64,000 bases of DNA, taken from Trueperaceae bacterium (GTDB taxonomy: Bacteria > Deinococcota > Deinococci > Deinococcales > Trueperaceae). Positions 39,849-49,960 of the stretch are shown here, piece by piece. The notes under the pieces were generated by a model. That model had not been told where the DNA came from, made no database searches, and saw only the letters and a list, made by a program, of their open reading frames with translations. The translations under genes and the position numbers were made by a program. Within the stretch, counting starts at the first letter, position 1, and each line of letters starts with the position of its first letter. The stretch is taken from positions 1 through 64,000 of the forward strand of contig JBBDRK010000017.1 in the NCBI GenBank assembly GCA_040905465.1. Direction: 5' to 3'.

Positions 39849-40973
39849 TCACCTCATCGTATAGCGCTCCACGACCTCCTCATTCAGTTCGACACCTAGG
39901 CCCGGACGGTCGGGGACAGGCAGTTCGCCGTTTTTGATCTGGGAGGCATGCCCCACAGGTTCCAGCAGGAGTTCGTCTCGCAGCGGGTGAGGGTAGTAAG
40001 AGCACTCATAGGTATTGAAGTTACCTGCCGCGGCCGCCAGTTGAACCGATGCTGCTGCGGCAACGCCACCACAGTTGCCCACGTGCGGAGAGAAGGAGGC
40101 GTTGTAAAGGCTCGCGGTTATGGCGATCTTGTGACACTCGCTGATACCACCCGCGCGTGCTACGTCCGGCTGTACTACGTTTACCGCCCCAGTATCTAGC
40201 AAGGCCTTGATTCCGAAACGCGTGAACTCGCCTTCGCCGGCGGCCAGGGGCACTATGGAGTTCTGGCGCAGCATCGAATAAGAGGCGAGATCCTCGGTGG
40301 AGAACGGCTCCTCGAACCAGGCGACCGGTACCTCCTCGAGACGGCGGGCCAAACGAGCTGCCTCGGGGTACTGGTAGGCGCAGTTGGCATCCACCATGAT
40401 CTCCACGGTGGGGCCTACGGCTTTCCGCAGTGCCCAGATTGTGGTGGCGTCCTGCTCGGCACCCAAGCCGATCTTGACCTTTATCGCCGTGAAACCGCGC
40501 TCTACTAGCGTCGTCGCGTCCTCGACCATCGCAGCGAGCTCCGCTACCCCGACCGAGGAAGCGTACGCCGCGATCGACGAGCGAGCGGAACCGCCGAGAA
40601 GCTTGTGGACGGGCATACCGGCGGACTTGCCCATCACATCCCAGACCGCGATATCGATGCCGCTCATCGCCTCCAGGAGAATGCCTCTGGAGTGACCGCT
40701 AAATGAGCCGAGCCCTCTGTACATACGGTTCCAGATCCACTCGACATCGAACGGGTCTGCCCCAACGATCAACGGTGCCAGCACCTCTTCCACGAGTTCC
40801 GACCAGACCAGGGGCGAGTACCGGGCCAGGCACTCTCCTACCCCTTCTATGCCGTCACTGGTAGTTAGACGAACCAGGGCGGACTTAGCCTCTGTAAATG
40901 TCTGAGCGCTCGTGCTGAGCTTCTTGCTGAGCGGCGCCGCCAAACTGAGGGCCTTCACCCCGGTGATCTTCAT
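39849..40973 (-). CDS. mandelate racemase/muconate lactonising enzyme family protein
   Basis: GIDIAVWD, KVK, MVDAN, WFEEP, AGE, QPD, PGLG. Confidence 0.9.
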   Translation of the reverse strand: MKITGVKALSLAAPLSKKLSTSAQTFTEAKSALVRLTTSDGIEGVGECLARYSPLVWSELVEEVLAPLIVGADPFDVEWIWNRMYRGLGSFSGHSRGILLEAMSGIDIAVWDVMGKSAGMPVHKLLGGSARSSIAAYASSVGVAELAAMVEDATTLVERGFTAIKVKIGLGAEQDATTIWALRKAVGPTVEIMVDANCAYQYPEAARLARRLEEVPVAWFEEPFSTEDLASYSMLRQNSIVPLAAGEGEFTRFGIKALLDTGAVNVVQPDVARAGGISECHKIAITASLYNASFSPHVGNCGGVAAAASVQLAAAAGNFNTYECSYYPHPLRDELLLEPVGHASQIKNGELPVPDRPGLGVELNEEVVERYTMR

Positions 40974-42148
40974 CTCTGAGGTTGCGCCCCCTCAGCCGAA
41001 CTGTTGCCGAAACGTGTTTCCCAGCCGGACTCGAAGAGGCGCATGAAGTTGCCGGCGCTGTACGGGTGCTCCCGGGCGATCTCTTCGTTCAGTTCGATGC
41101 CCAAGCCGGGACGATCGCTTACCTGGAAGTAGCCGTCTCGTAGTTCGGGTGTTCCCACCACGACGTCTCGGGTCCACGGATCGTTGAAGTCCTGGAACGT
41201 CTCTTGTATCAGCAGATTGGGGAGGGTGAGGTCAAGATGACAGTTTGCCGCGCTGCATATCGGGCCGCGGGCGTTATGGAGGGCTACTACGGCGTTATTT
41301 GCGTTGGCGATAGCGGCGACTTCGCGGGTGGGCCACAGGCCGCCGACGTCGATGGTCTCCGGGTTGATTATATCGATCACATTGTGCGCCAGGAGCCGGG
41401 TGAATTCGCGCTGGCTCGTGAAGCGTTCTCCCACGCCGACAGGAACCGGGACGGCTTTGGCCACGGCCACCAGATCCTCGATGTCGCTGGAGAGCACAGG
41501 AGCCTCGTACCAGAGAGGGCTGAATTCTGCCAGTCGTTGGCCGATCCGTATCGCGTTCTGTACAGTAAAGCGGTCGTGAGCTTCAATGATGATATCCACG
41601 TCTTCGCCCACGGCTTCCTTCACAGCTCGTACGATCTCGATGCTCAGCCTTTCCTCTCGTGCGGAGATTGTTTGAAAGGAGGCGCCGAACGGGTCGAACT
41701 TGAGGGCGGTGTAGCCTTTCTCTACGACCTCCGCAGCCATCTCGGCGAACGCAACCGGGTCTCTCTTGCCGCGGTACCAGCCGTTCGCGTAGGCCCTGAT
41801 CTCGTTCCTCATGCGTCCGCCCAAGAGTTGGTGGACGGGAGTGTTCAGGCTCTTGCCAAGAATGTCCCAGCAGGCGATTTCGATTCCGGCCATGGCCGCC
41901 TTCTGTATCTGGCCTTCGGTCAGGTACATCGCTTTGTAGAGGTGATCCCACAGCGCGTGGATGTTGCGCGGGTCCTTCCCCTTGCAAAGGTGAGCTACCT
42001 CCCTGATTGCGGCCTCGACTGGTAAGGAGTTGAGTCCTACAGTGGATTCGCCGTATCCGGTAATGCCTTCGTCTGTCTCTACCACGACGAAAATCCAGTT
42101 CTTCCATGGATTGCCAACGATAATCGGTCGAATCTCGGTTATCTTCAT
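40970..42148 (-). CDS. enolase-superfamily acid-sugar dehydratase (galactonate dehydratase-like)
   Basis: NWIFVVVETDEG, YANGW, LKFDPFG, EAH, HNARGP. Confidence 0.85.
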   Translation of the reverse strand: MKITEIRPIIVGNPWKNWIFVVVETDEGITGYGESTVGLNSLPVEAAIREVAHLCKGKDPRNIHALWDHLYKAMYLTEGQIQKAAMAGIEIACWDILGKSLNTPVHQLLGGRMRNEIRAYANGWYRGKRDPVAFAEMAAEVVEKGYTALKFDPFGASFQTISAREERLSIEIVRAVKEAVGEDVDIIIEAHDRFTVQNAIRIGQRLAEFSPLWYEAPVLSSDIEDLVAVAKAVPVPVGVGERFTSQREFTRLLAHNVIDIINPETIDVGGLWPTREVAAIANANNAVVALHNARGPICSAANCHLDLTLPNLLIQETFQDFNDPWTRDVVVGTPELRDGYFQVSDRPGLGIELNEEIAREHPYSAGNFMRLFESGWETRFGNSSAEGAQPQR

Positions 42149-43080
42149 CTTGACTTCAACTCCCCGTACACGGTCATTAGCGGCGTGAGGCTCTCCAAAA
42201 TGTTATCCAGTTCAGCGAGCGCGAATTTGTCGAGATGCTTGCCGCCGACTTGACGATGTCCCGCATGGCTAATGACGCCCCTCCTCTGCAAGACTTCTTT
42301 GTAGACCGCTACTCCGTAGGAGGTCTCGAAAAGGAGCAGTGGGAGAAGCTGGATGAACGTCTTCCTGGCGGCTTCCAGGTTGCCTTCTTCCAGGCTGTTC
42401 CAGAGTTTCACGTGGACGTCTGCTACCTCGCATGCGGGCATGGTTCCGCAGGCTCCGCGGCGAAACTCATCCAGAAGGTGCCGGCCTGCCTTGCCGCCCA
42501 TGACGCCCTCGACGTCTGGTCCCGCCACCGCCTGGATTTCTGTAATGAGTTGACTCGAAAACTCCGTCTCTTCCTTTACGAAGCGAACATTGTCCAGGTC
42601 GCGCAACATCTTCGCCATCAGCTCGGCCGACATGGGTGTTCCCCCTGGGCCGCCGTAATTTTGCAGAAAGATTGGGACGCTCACTGCGTTGTCGAGAGCG
42701 GAGTAGTACGCCCGTATCTCTGCCGGGGAACCCTTCTGCACGAATGGCGGCATGGCGATGATGGCGTCTGCCCCAACGTCCTGAGCGTGTGATGCGATCG
42801 GTACGGCCAACTCGGCACATGAGGCGGTAACGCCTACCACAACAGGAACGCGCCCCTGTGTCTCTTCGATGATGATCTCGGTGACGCGCTGACGTTCCCG
42901 TTCTGAAAGGTAAGCCGCCTCGCTGGCATTGACTGGAGCGACCAGCCCATGAACGCCTGCCACTAGGCAAAAGCGCACGCACTCGCGCAAGCTCACCTCA
43001 TCCAGTGCCCCGTTCTCATCGAAGGGCGTCGGGGGTATGGCGAAAACTCCGCGCCAATGGCCAGTTGTTTGTTCTGTCAC
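42145..43080 (-). CDS. dihydrodipicolinate synthase family (DapA-like) aldolase/dehydratase
   Basis: GVFAIPPTPF, NASE, GADAIIAMPP, KEE. AAGGAG RBS before GTG 43080. Confidence 0.85.
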   Translation of the reverse strand: MTEQTTGHWRGVFAIPPTPFDENGALDEVSLRECVRFCLVAGVHGLVAPVNASEAAYLSERERQRVTEIIIEETQGRVPVVVGVTASCAELAVPIASHAQDVGADAIIAMPPFVQKGSPAEIRAYYSALDNAVSVPIFLQNYGGPGGTPMSAELMAKMLRDLDNVRFVKEETEFSSQLITEIQAVAGPDVEGVMGGKAGRHLLDEFRRGACGTMPACEVADVHVKLWNSLEEGNLEAARKTFIQLLPLLLFETSYGVAVYKEVLQRRGVISHAGHRQVGGKHLDKFALAELDNILESLTPLMTVYGELKSR

Positions 43081-43227
43081 TGATCCAGCTCCTTTCATAG
43101 CTTGGTTAATCGTGGAGAGTCTCGATAGACGACCGCAGGTGATACAGCTGTACCGTCTGGCAGGGCCGGGAGAAGACGCGTGTGATGATGATCCAGAGTG
43201 AGGGGGTCCAGGTATGCAGCCATCGAT

Positions 43228-44115
43228 TCACCCCTTCACGGCTCCGCCGGTCAGGCCTTGGATCAGGGAGCGTTGCAGAAACGCGAAGGCGACTATGACC
43301 GGGATCAAGGAGCCCATCGTCGCAGCCATCAGAGGGCCCCACGAAATCCCGACCTCGGTTACGAAGAAGTAGAGGCCCACCTGCACCAGCCGGTGCTCGT
43401 CGGTGAGCGTCAGCGAGTACCCGAGCAGGAAGTCGTTCCATATGGTGACGAACACTAGGACGGCACCGGCAGCGAGCCCGGGTCGGAGCAACGGAAGCAC
43501 GACCCGGTAGAACGCTCCCAGCTGAGTGGCACCGTCGATTAGCGCTGCCTCTTCCAGATCGGCGGGGATGCTGTCGATGAAGCCCTTGAGCAGCCAGATC
43601 AGGGTAGGCACGAGCCAAGCGGCGTAGACCAGCACGAGTATCGTGTAGGTGTCGTAAAGCCCGACGTCGACGGACAGCAAGTAGAGCGGAACTATGACGG
43701 ATACGCCCGGGATCATGATGGTCGCCCACACCAGGAAGAGCAGTACGTTTTTTCCGGCGAACTGTCGGCGTGAGACTATATATGCGGCGTGGGCGGCAAG
43801 GAGGATACTGATCAACATCGCTCCACCCACTACGATCAGGCTGTTGAGAAGGTAGCGCAAGAATTTCTCGTTAAGGAAACCTCGCAGATAGTTGTCGAGG
43901 TACAACTCCGACGGAATCCAGCGGGGTGGGAAGGCCGTAACGTTCACGGGAGACTTGAACGAGGTCGAGAGCCCCCAGAGAAGGGGCGCCAGAGCGAACA
44001 AGCATGCGATTATCAATAGTCCGTTCGTAAAGAGGACGCTGCCCATTCGTCGTACGACGCTGTACCGCTTCTGAGCTCTCTGGTCCCGTTCGGCCATCCG
44101 GCTCGTCAAATCCAC
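43228..44115 (-). CDS. carbohydrate ABC permease (MalG-like)
   Basis: LEEAALIDG, WNDF, GLTGGAVKG. Confidence 0.9.
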   Translation of the reverse strand: MDLTSRMAERDQRAQKRYSVVRRMGSVLFTNGLLIIACLFALAPLLWGLSTSFKSPVNVTAFPPRWIPSELYLDNYLRGFLNEKFLRYLLNSLIVVGGAMLISILLAAHAAYIVSRRQFAGKNVLLFLVWATIMIPGVSVIVPLYLLSVDVGLYDTYTILVLVYAAWLVPTLIWLLKGFIDSIPADLEEAALIDGATQLGAFYRVVLPLLRPGLAAGAVLVFVTIWNDFLLGYSLTLTDEHRLVQVGLYFFVTEVGISWGPLMAATMGSLIPVIVAFAFLQRSLIQGLTGGAVKG

Positions 44116-44128
44116 GACGACTCCCGTC

Positions 44129-45052
44129 TCACTCGTTGTCCGAGCGTAGGACGCGTATATATACGAGTGTGAACGCGATGTTGAGGAGGAAGATCACCAC
44201 GGCCGCGGCGGACGCGACACCCATTCGATAGAACTGAAATCCCTCCTTGAAGACTCGGAGCGCCAGGACATCGGTGCTGCCCGCCGGCCCACCTCCGGTC
44301 ATGAGCAGGATCATGGTGACCATGTTGAAGGCGTGAAGGGTGGTGAGGACGAGCGCGACCAAGGTCGTGTTCCGGATCAGGGGCATGGTCACGTGCCAGA
44401 AGTTCTGCCACCTGTTGGCGCCGTCGATCCGGGCCGCGTCGGTCAATTCGCTGGGTATCGTCTGCAGCGCCGCCAAGACGAAAAGCATCACTAGCGGGTA
44501 AGACCGCCAGGCGTTAGCGAGGATCACACTTGGCATGGCGAAGTCAGTGCTCGTCAGCGGGTTGGGTAAGGACAGCCCCACCTGGCCCATGCTGTAGGCG
44601 ATCGGTCCGAAGCGGTTGTTGAGAAGCCACATCCACAGGAGGGCCGTTACCAGTTGGGAGACGACCCACGGCAGTATGAGGATAGTCCGATATGCGCCGC
44701 GGAAGCGCGAAGGCCGGTTCAGCAGGAGTGCCAGCCCGAAGCCGATGGGCACGGTGACGCCTACGGTGCCTACTACGAAGATGAGTGAAATGCGCAGGTT
44801 CACTAGACCGCTGCCGTCGAGGAGGAGCCTGTTGTAATTTCGAAAGCCGACGAAATTACCGAGCTGAAGATATTCGGCAGAGAAGAAGCTTTGCCTTACG
44901 GCATAAAAAAGCGGAAGGAAAGATACGGCAGCTACCAACAAGAACGCCGGGACGAAGAACAGATAGGTCATGAAGTGCTTCTGAAAGTGCCGTCTTGGCC
45001 CCATTGTCTTCGGAGCAAAGCCGGTGCCGGATCGTGTCGGTTCATTCCTCAC
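44129..45052 (-). CDS. carbohydrate ABC permease (MalF-like)
   Basis: DAARIDGA, TGGGPAG. Confidence 0.9.
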   Translation of the reverse strand: MRNEPTRSGTGFAPKTMGPRRHFQKHFMTYLFFVPAFLLVAAVSFLPLFYAVRQSFFSAEYLQLGNFVGFRNYNRLLLDGSGLVNLRISLIFVVGTVGVTVPIGFGLALLLNRPSRFRGAYRTILILPWVVSQLVTALLWMWLLNNRFGPIAYSMGQVGLSLPNPLTSTDFAMPSVILANAWRSYPLVMLFVLAALQTIPSELTDAARIDGANRWQNFWHVTMPLIRNTTLVALVLTTLHAFNMVTMILLMTGGGPAGSTDVLALRVFKEGFQFYRMGVASAAAVVIFLLNIAFTLVYIRVLRSDNE

Positions 45053-45114
45053 TGCAGCGTGGCTCCCTCAGTTGCGTAGCCGGTCCTGGATGTGACTCGA
45101 GGAGGGGAGAAGGA

Positions 45115-45140
45115 GGGGCGGCACGTCAACGCGCCACCCC
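45115..45140. terminator. intercistronic stem-loop downstream of the SBP gene
   Basis: GGGGCGGCACG-TCAA-CGCGCCACCCC. Confidence 0.5.
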
Positions 45141-45154
45141 CAATTTTTCGGTCC

Positions 45155-46432
45155 TTACCGTTCCGTGAGGCTGTCGTATTCGCGTTCCGCCCACGCGAGC
45201 CCTTCACTGGGGCTCATCTGGTCGGTGAGTACCTGTTCGAACATCCGTGCCCAGACGTCGTAGAGGACATTGGTGTGCTGGGAAAGGCCGGCGAAGGTCA
45301 TGGGATGCTCGGACGCGTAGTTGAGTGCCCAACGAATGTCCTTCGCTTCCTCCGTGTCGAAGAACGGGTCGGAGAGGACGCTCGCCCTGATCGGGATGTA
45401 GCCTGCCATCTTGGTTTGAGCGATCTGCATCTCCGGCGACACCCAGTGCTCGATAAGTTTCCAGGCCAGATCGGGGCTATCGGAGGCCGCGGGTATTGCC
45501 GCCGTCCAGCCTTGGGTCAAGGCGGGGCCGGGCTGCTCCGGGTCGAAGGTCACGAGTTCCATGATTTGGATGTTGTCGCCAAGCCCCGACTCCGAGCGAA
45601 TGAACTCCAGGCGATGAGTCGGGAGTGGCCGCATCGCTGCCTGGCCCGAAATGACGAGTTGTTGGGTCTCCTCGGAGCCCAGGAGAGCAACGTCGAGAGG
45701 CATCGCCTCGTGCACGTGAACGAGGTCGTAGACCCACTGCACCAGCCGCTCTGCCTCCTCCGAGGCGAAGTCGGCACTTCCGTCTTCGTTTAGTATCTCT
45801 GCTCCCATGCCGACGAGGGTGGGGAAGAGCCACTCCATGGCGCCCGAGGCGTTCTTGGCGCTGAACGGCATCGCCATGCCCACTTGGTCACCCACAGTGA
45901 GCTCGGTTGCGGCGGCAGCGAGTTCATCGAGTGTTCTGGGAAGCTCCAGACCGGCTGCCTCGAACAAGTCGGCCCGGTAGATGATTCCGCCCACTCGCAT
46001 CTCGTAGGGAATCGCGAAAATTGTTCCGTCGGAGGTCTGGGCTTCGGGAAAGATGACCAGGTCCGACCTGATCTCTTCGGACAGGTAGTCGTTAACCGGA
46101 AGTATCGTGCCGGCGTCAACGTGGGTGGGCAACAGCGGGGCAAACAACATCACCACATCGGGCACTCTGCGCGCCTGCGCCGCACGTAGCAGGCTAGGGC
46201 TTAACTCCTGCCACTGGATGACGTTCGCGGTTACGGTCACGCCCGGATTTTGTTCCTCGAAGGTGTCGATTACATGGGCCAACGCTTGGGAGCGCACGTT
46301 GTCGCCTGCTGGATCGATGAAGGTCCAGAGTTCGAGCTCGGTCTGACCGAGGGCAAGTGAGAGGGCCAGTAGCAGAGGTGCTATCCACGCTAGCCTTATT
46401 GCCGTCTTCTCGTGTCGATTCTGAGTTCGCAT
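45155..46432 (-). CDS. carbohydrate ABC substrate-binding protein
   Basis: Signal peptide ending ALGQ, FEEQNPGV, IYRADLF, PRTLDEL. Confidence 0.85.
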   Translation of the reverse strand: MRTQNRHEKTAIRLAWIAPLLLALSLALGQTELELWTFIDPAGDNVRSQALAHVIDTFEEQNPGVTVTANVIQWQELSPSLLRAAQARRVPDVVMLFAPLLPTHVDAGTILPVNDYLSEEIRSDLVIFPEAQTSDGTIFAIPYEMRVGGIIYRADLFEAAGLELPRTLDELAAAATELTVGDQVGMAMPFSAKNASGAMEWLFPTLVGMGAEILNEDGSADFASEEAERLVQWVYDLVHVHEAMPLDVALLGSEETQQLVISGQAAMRPLPTHRLEFIRSESGLGDNIQIMELVTFDPEQPGPALTQGWTAAIPAASDSPDLAWKLIEHWVSPEMQIAQTKMAGYIPIRASVLSDPFFDTEEAKDIRWALNYASEHPMTFAGLSQHTNVLYDVWARMFEQVLTDQMSPSEGLAWAEREYDSLTER

Positions 46433-46574
46433 AATTATCTTCCCATCCTTTCCCTGGAGGCGAGCGGTTTTCCTTCTGGGCGAGGCGACTGGATTTCACC
46501 GCATAGCAGGCCTCCAAGTTTCTATGGGTCCTGGCAGTAGGGGCGGGCTGCTCGAGAGAACTCTCATAGCTGAG

Positions 46575-47408
46575 TCAATACTCTTGCTCAGGGGTCGCCC
46601 CCTTCGCGTGCATGGGCGGGAACGCGGGCTGTGTTGGATGAATGCCAAGTGCTCTTTGGGCATGCTCGGCTACCTCAACAACGATTCGTGCCAGTTCGGG
46701 GACACGTTGCTGGCTAACACGCGCACTAGGTCCGGAAATACTGATAGCAGCAAGCGCTATGCCCGGCCCATTGATGATCGGTGCACCGACGCAGCGAGCG
46801 CCTAACTCCCCCTCTTCGTCGTCGACAGCGAATCCCTGCCTCCTAACCCTCTCCAGCTCTGCCAGGAAGACCTCTCGCGAGACGATAGTCCTCTCCGTGC
46901 GACGCTCGAACGCTTCGCTGGCGAGTACTTCTTCCACATAGGTGGGGGACTGATAGGCGAGGAGGGCCTTTCCTGCAGACGTCGCGTATGGGGACGTGTG
47001 CCGCCCGACGCGCGAGTAGATGCGGAGGGTGTTCGTGCTTTCGACGTTATCGATGAACACGGGTTTGGTGCCGTCGAGAACGACCAAGTTGCTCGTCTCG
47101 CCGGTGCGTTGTGTCAATTCGGTAAGGAACGGGCGTATGCTCTTGCGCAGTTCGAGCTGGTTACCTGCTGCCACTCCTATGCGAAGGGCAACCAGGCCCA
47201 GGTAGTACCGGCCGTCGTCCCGGGTGCGCCGGACGAGACCGTTGTTTTCCAGTGTAGCTAGAAACCGATGTGCCGTCGATTTGCCGATGCCGAGCGCTTC
47301 CCGGATTTCGGTGAACGTCCGACCTTCGTGGCTCGACGCAAGGAACAGCAATACGGCCGTGGCTTTGTGAATCGATTTGATATCGCTGCTGCTTGCCGCG
47401 GAATCCAT
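46575..47408 (-). CDS. IclR family regulator
   Basis: KSTAHRFLATL, TGETSNL, TSAGKALLA, DEEGELGARCVGAP. Confidence 0.9.
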   Translation of the reverse strand: MDSAASSSDIKSIHKATAVLLFLASSHEGRTFTEIREALGIGKSTAHRFLATLENNGLVRRTRDDGRYYLGLVALRIGVAAGNQLELRKSIRPFLTELTQRTGETSNLVVLDGTKPVFIDNVESTNTLRIYSRVGRHTSPYATSAGKALLAYQSPTYVEEVLASEAFERRTERTIVSREVFLAELERVRRQGFAVDDEEGELGARCVGAPIINGPGIALAAISISGPSARVSQQRVPELARIVVEVAEHAQRALGIHPTQPAFPPMHAKGATPEQEY

Positions 47409-47423
47409 GATGACATCCTTACG

Positions 47424-47442
47424 AGTTCCGGAACCCGGAACT
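47424..47442. promoter_or_regulatory. IclR-type palindromic operator
   Basis: AGTTCCG-GAACC-CGGAACT, with a second half-site AGTTCCG immediately after, just upstream of iclR. Confidence 0.65.
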
Positions 47443-47627
47443 AAGTTCCGAAAGTGCGATCAATTGATATTAAACCGCATCTGGATGCCGAGTAACGGAC
47501 CAACTCGTGTTCGAGTACAAAGGACGGGCACGATACGCCTCGTACAAGCTGACTCTATCGGCTGACAGGCGGGGAAGACCGACCCACGATTGCAGTTGAC
47601 AGGACCCCCAAGAAGCTGAATGAACGC

Positions 47628-47819
47628 GGGCTGGAGGGCGAAACCATGATGATCGTCGAGAAGACCGATGAGGGAGCACTAATGCTTCGTCCGGCGGGCG
47701 TCTATCCGATAGAGCTCTACAGCGAGGAGCGCATCGAGCAGTTCCTCGAGGCGGACAGGATGAGTGCGGAAATGGCTGAGCGGGTGAGGGGCAAGCTCGC
47801 CACAAAAAAGAGCCAGTGA
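47628..47819 (+). pseudogene. AbrB/MazE-type antitoxin remnant (5'-truncated)
   Basis: GLEGETMMIVEKTDEGALMLRPAGVYPIELYSEERIEQFLEAD. The N-terminal GQ/IP strand is missing. Confidence 0.6.
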
Positions 47820-47823
47820 GCGC

Positions 47824-48330
47824 TTAAGAAGAGTGACTGGCCGGCGCCGTAGGTGGCCGGGTAGTCGCGCAGGCGGTGTTGAGGAAGGGCGTCTTCCCGG
47901 ATCTGCCGGCGCTCGTGGCCGCCGGTCGCCGCCGTCGCTGCGTGAACCATTGCCGCGAAGAAAAGCCCGGCCTTTGGGCGCTGCTGCGACTTAAGAAGCG
48001 AGTAGCTCTCGGCTTCGTCGATCAGCACGCACAGGCCGCTGTAGCCGGGCAGCCGCGCCAGCACGTTGATGCCGCTGAGCAGGAAGGCGATCTGGCGAGC
48101 GTTGTGCCCGACTTTGTAGATAGTGGGGAACTTGACATCCTTGGGGGTGGCCTTGGTCATGAGCCTGGTGCGCCCGCCGCCCATCAGCCAGCTCCGCCAG
48201 GCCGCCTGCTGGCGAGTGGAGGGGGTGTCGGCCAGGACGTCCGGCGCCACCTCGCGGGCAGGAATGAGCAGCGGTTCGCCCGCTCTCGTGACGAAGCGGT
48301 TGCGCTCACGGTGGCAGCTGTAGTGGTCTC
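47824..48330 (-). pseudogene. internal fragment of a BREX-type (DUF2791/BrxD-like) ATP-binding protein
   Basis: LSGINVLARLPGYSGLCVLIDEAES Walker-B region. No Walker A, start or native end. Confidence 0.55.
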
Positions 48331-48395
48331 GCGGCGGGCTTAGAGCTTTCTCGGTCAACCAGTATGATCGGTACGATCGAGCTACCTTGCGGGCC

Positions 48396-48566
48396 ATGGC
48401 GAAGCGGATCTCAGCAATCAAGGCGCGGCAGGCTCTCGGTACCTTGCTGGACGACGTCAAGCTCACAGGCGCGGAGTATCTCATCGAGCGCGACGGCAAG
48501 CCCACGGCTGCCGTAATCTCGTCATTACTCGCCGTTGAACGGCGGAACGTGCCATCTGTATACTGA
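48396..48566 (+). pseudogene. orphan Phd/YefM antitoxin (short, toxin absent)
   Basis: MAKRISAIKARQALGTLLDDVKLTGAEYLIERDGKPTAAVIS. Confidence 0.7.
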
Positions 48567-48619
48567 GCCGATGCCGGACGAAGACTACCCGACCGAAGTT
48601 TTCTGATGGCGTATTACCC

Positions 48620-49960
48620 TTGGAAGCATTCCTCGTGATTGCTGCCGTTCTCGCGGTAATCGCGTTCATGATCTTTGTCAACGCCCTTTACGTCGCGGCC
48701 GAGTTCTCCAGCGTCAGCGCCCGCCGTTCCCGCATCATGCATCTCGTCGCCGAGGGGAACCCCGCAGCACGAGCCCTGCTTCCTATCCTCCAAGATCGCA
48801 CTCTGCTCGACCGGTACATCGCCGCCACCCAGGTCGGCATCACCCTCTCCTCGCTGGTGGTCGGTTTCTACGGTCAGGCGCAACTCACGCCCATCGTCGC
48901 GCCGCTGCTCACGCGCCTGGGAGTTTCGGAGCCCCTGTCGCGCTCGATCACCGTGACCGGGTTGCTCCTGGGGCTCACCTTCCTTCAAGTTATCTTCGGG
49001 GAGCTCCTGCCCAAGTCCGTGGCCCTGCGCTTCCCCGAGCGGCTCGCCATCCTGGTGGCGTACCCTATGCGTTGGTCTCTCGTCCTGTTGTGGCCGTTCA
49101 TTGCCGTTCTCAACGGCTCGGCGCTCATAGTGCTGCGCCGTTTCGATCGCGCGGGCTTAGAGGAGAGCCACGTGCACCATCCAAACGAACTGGAGGCGAT
49201 CTTTCGAGAGAGCGCCGAGGGCGGCCTCATCGACGCCGGCGAGCGCGACCTGCTCAGCAATGTATTCCATCTCAGCCAACGGGTCGCCAGGCAGATAATG
49301 ATCCCGCGGCTGCGCATCGTTGCGGCAGCGATAGAAACGCCGCCCGGTGAGTTGCTTCGCGAGCTGATCGCGTCGCCGTACAGTCGCTTCCCGGTCTTCG
49401 AAGGCACCATCGACCAGGTTCGCGGCTTCATTCACGTTCGCGAGCTGTACGCGGTGGCCAAGCGGGACGCTGACGGCGACCTCCGCAGTATCGTCCGTCC
49501 TCTCCCCATCGTTCCCGAGTTCGTGTCGGTGACCGTCCTGTGGGCGCGCATGAGGCGCGAACGCAGCAGCATGGCCGCCGTATTCGACGAATACGGCGGC
49601 ATGGCAGGGATGGTAACCATCGAGGACATCCTCGAGGAGTTGTTCGGCGAGTTCCAGGACGAGTTCGACCTGGAGCGCGAGCTGTATCGCGAAGAGCCGC
49701 TGGGACGGATCAGCCTCCGCGGCGACGCGTTGGTGTCGGAGGTGAATGAGCGCTATCTCCTGGCGCTGCCTGAGGAGCGCTCCGACACCATCGGTGGCCT
49801 GGTCATGGACCGCCTGGAGCGCGTGGCGCGCGAGGGGGACGAGGTCGAGGTGGCAGGCGTCAAGTTGCTGGTAACCGAGGTCGCGGGACAGGCCGTGAGC
49901 CAGGTAGAGTTCGCGCCCGCCGACGTCGAGCGCGATGAACGGGAGGCCGGCGGTGCGTGA
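48620..49960 (+). CDS. hemolysin-family CNNM/CBS/CorC transporter
   Basis: NALYVAAEF, QVGIT, GELLPK, YSRFPV, DEYGG, TIGG. Confidence 0.9.
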   Translation: MEAFLVIAAVLAVIAFMIFVNALYVAAEFSSVSARRSRIMHLVAEGNPAARALLPILQDRTLLDRYIAATQVGITLSSLVVGFYGQAQLTPIVAPLLTRLGVSEPLSRSITVTGLLLGLTFLQVIFGELLPKSVALRFPERLAILVAYPMRWSLVLLWPFIAVLNGSALIVLRRFDRAGLEESHVHHPNELEAIFRESAEGGLIDAGERDLLSNVFHLSQRVARQIMIPRLRIVAAAIETPPGELLRELIASPYSRFPVFEGTIDQVRGFIHVRELYAVAKRDADGDLRSIVRPLPIVPEFVSVTVLWARMRRERSSMAAVFDEYGGMAGMVTIEDILEELFGEFQDEFDLERELYREEPLGRISLRGDALVSEVNERYLLALPEERSDTIGGLVMDRLERVAREGDEVEVAGVKLLVTEVAGQAVSQVEFAPADVERDEREAGGA

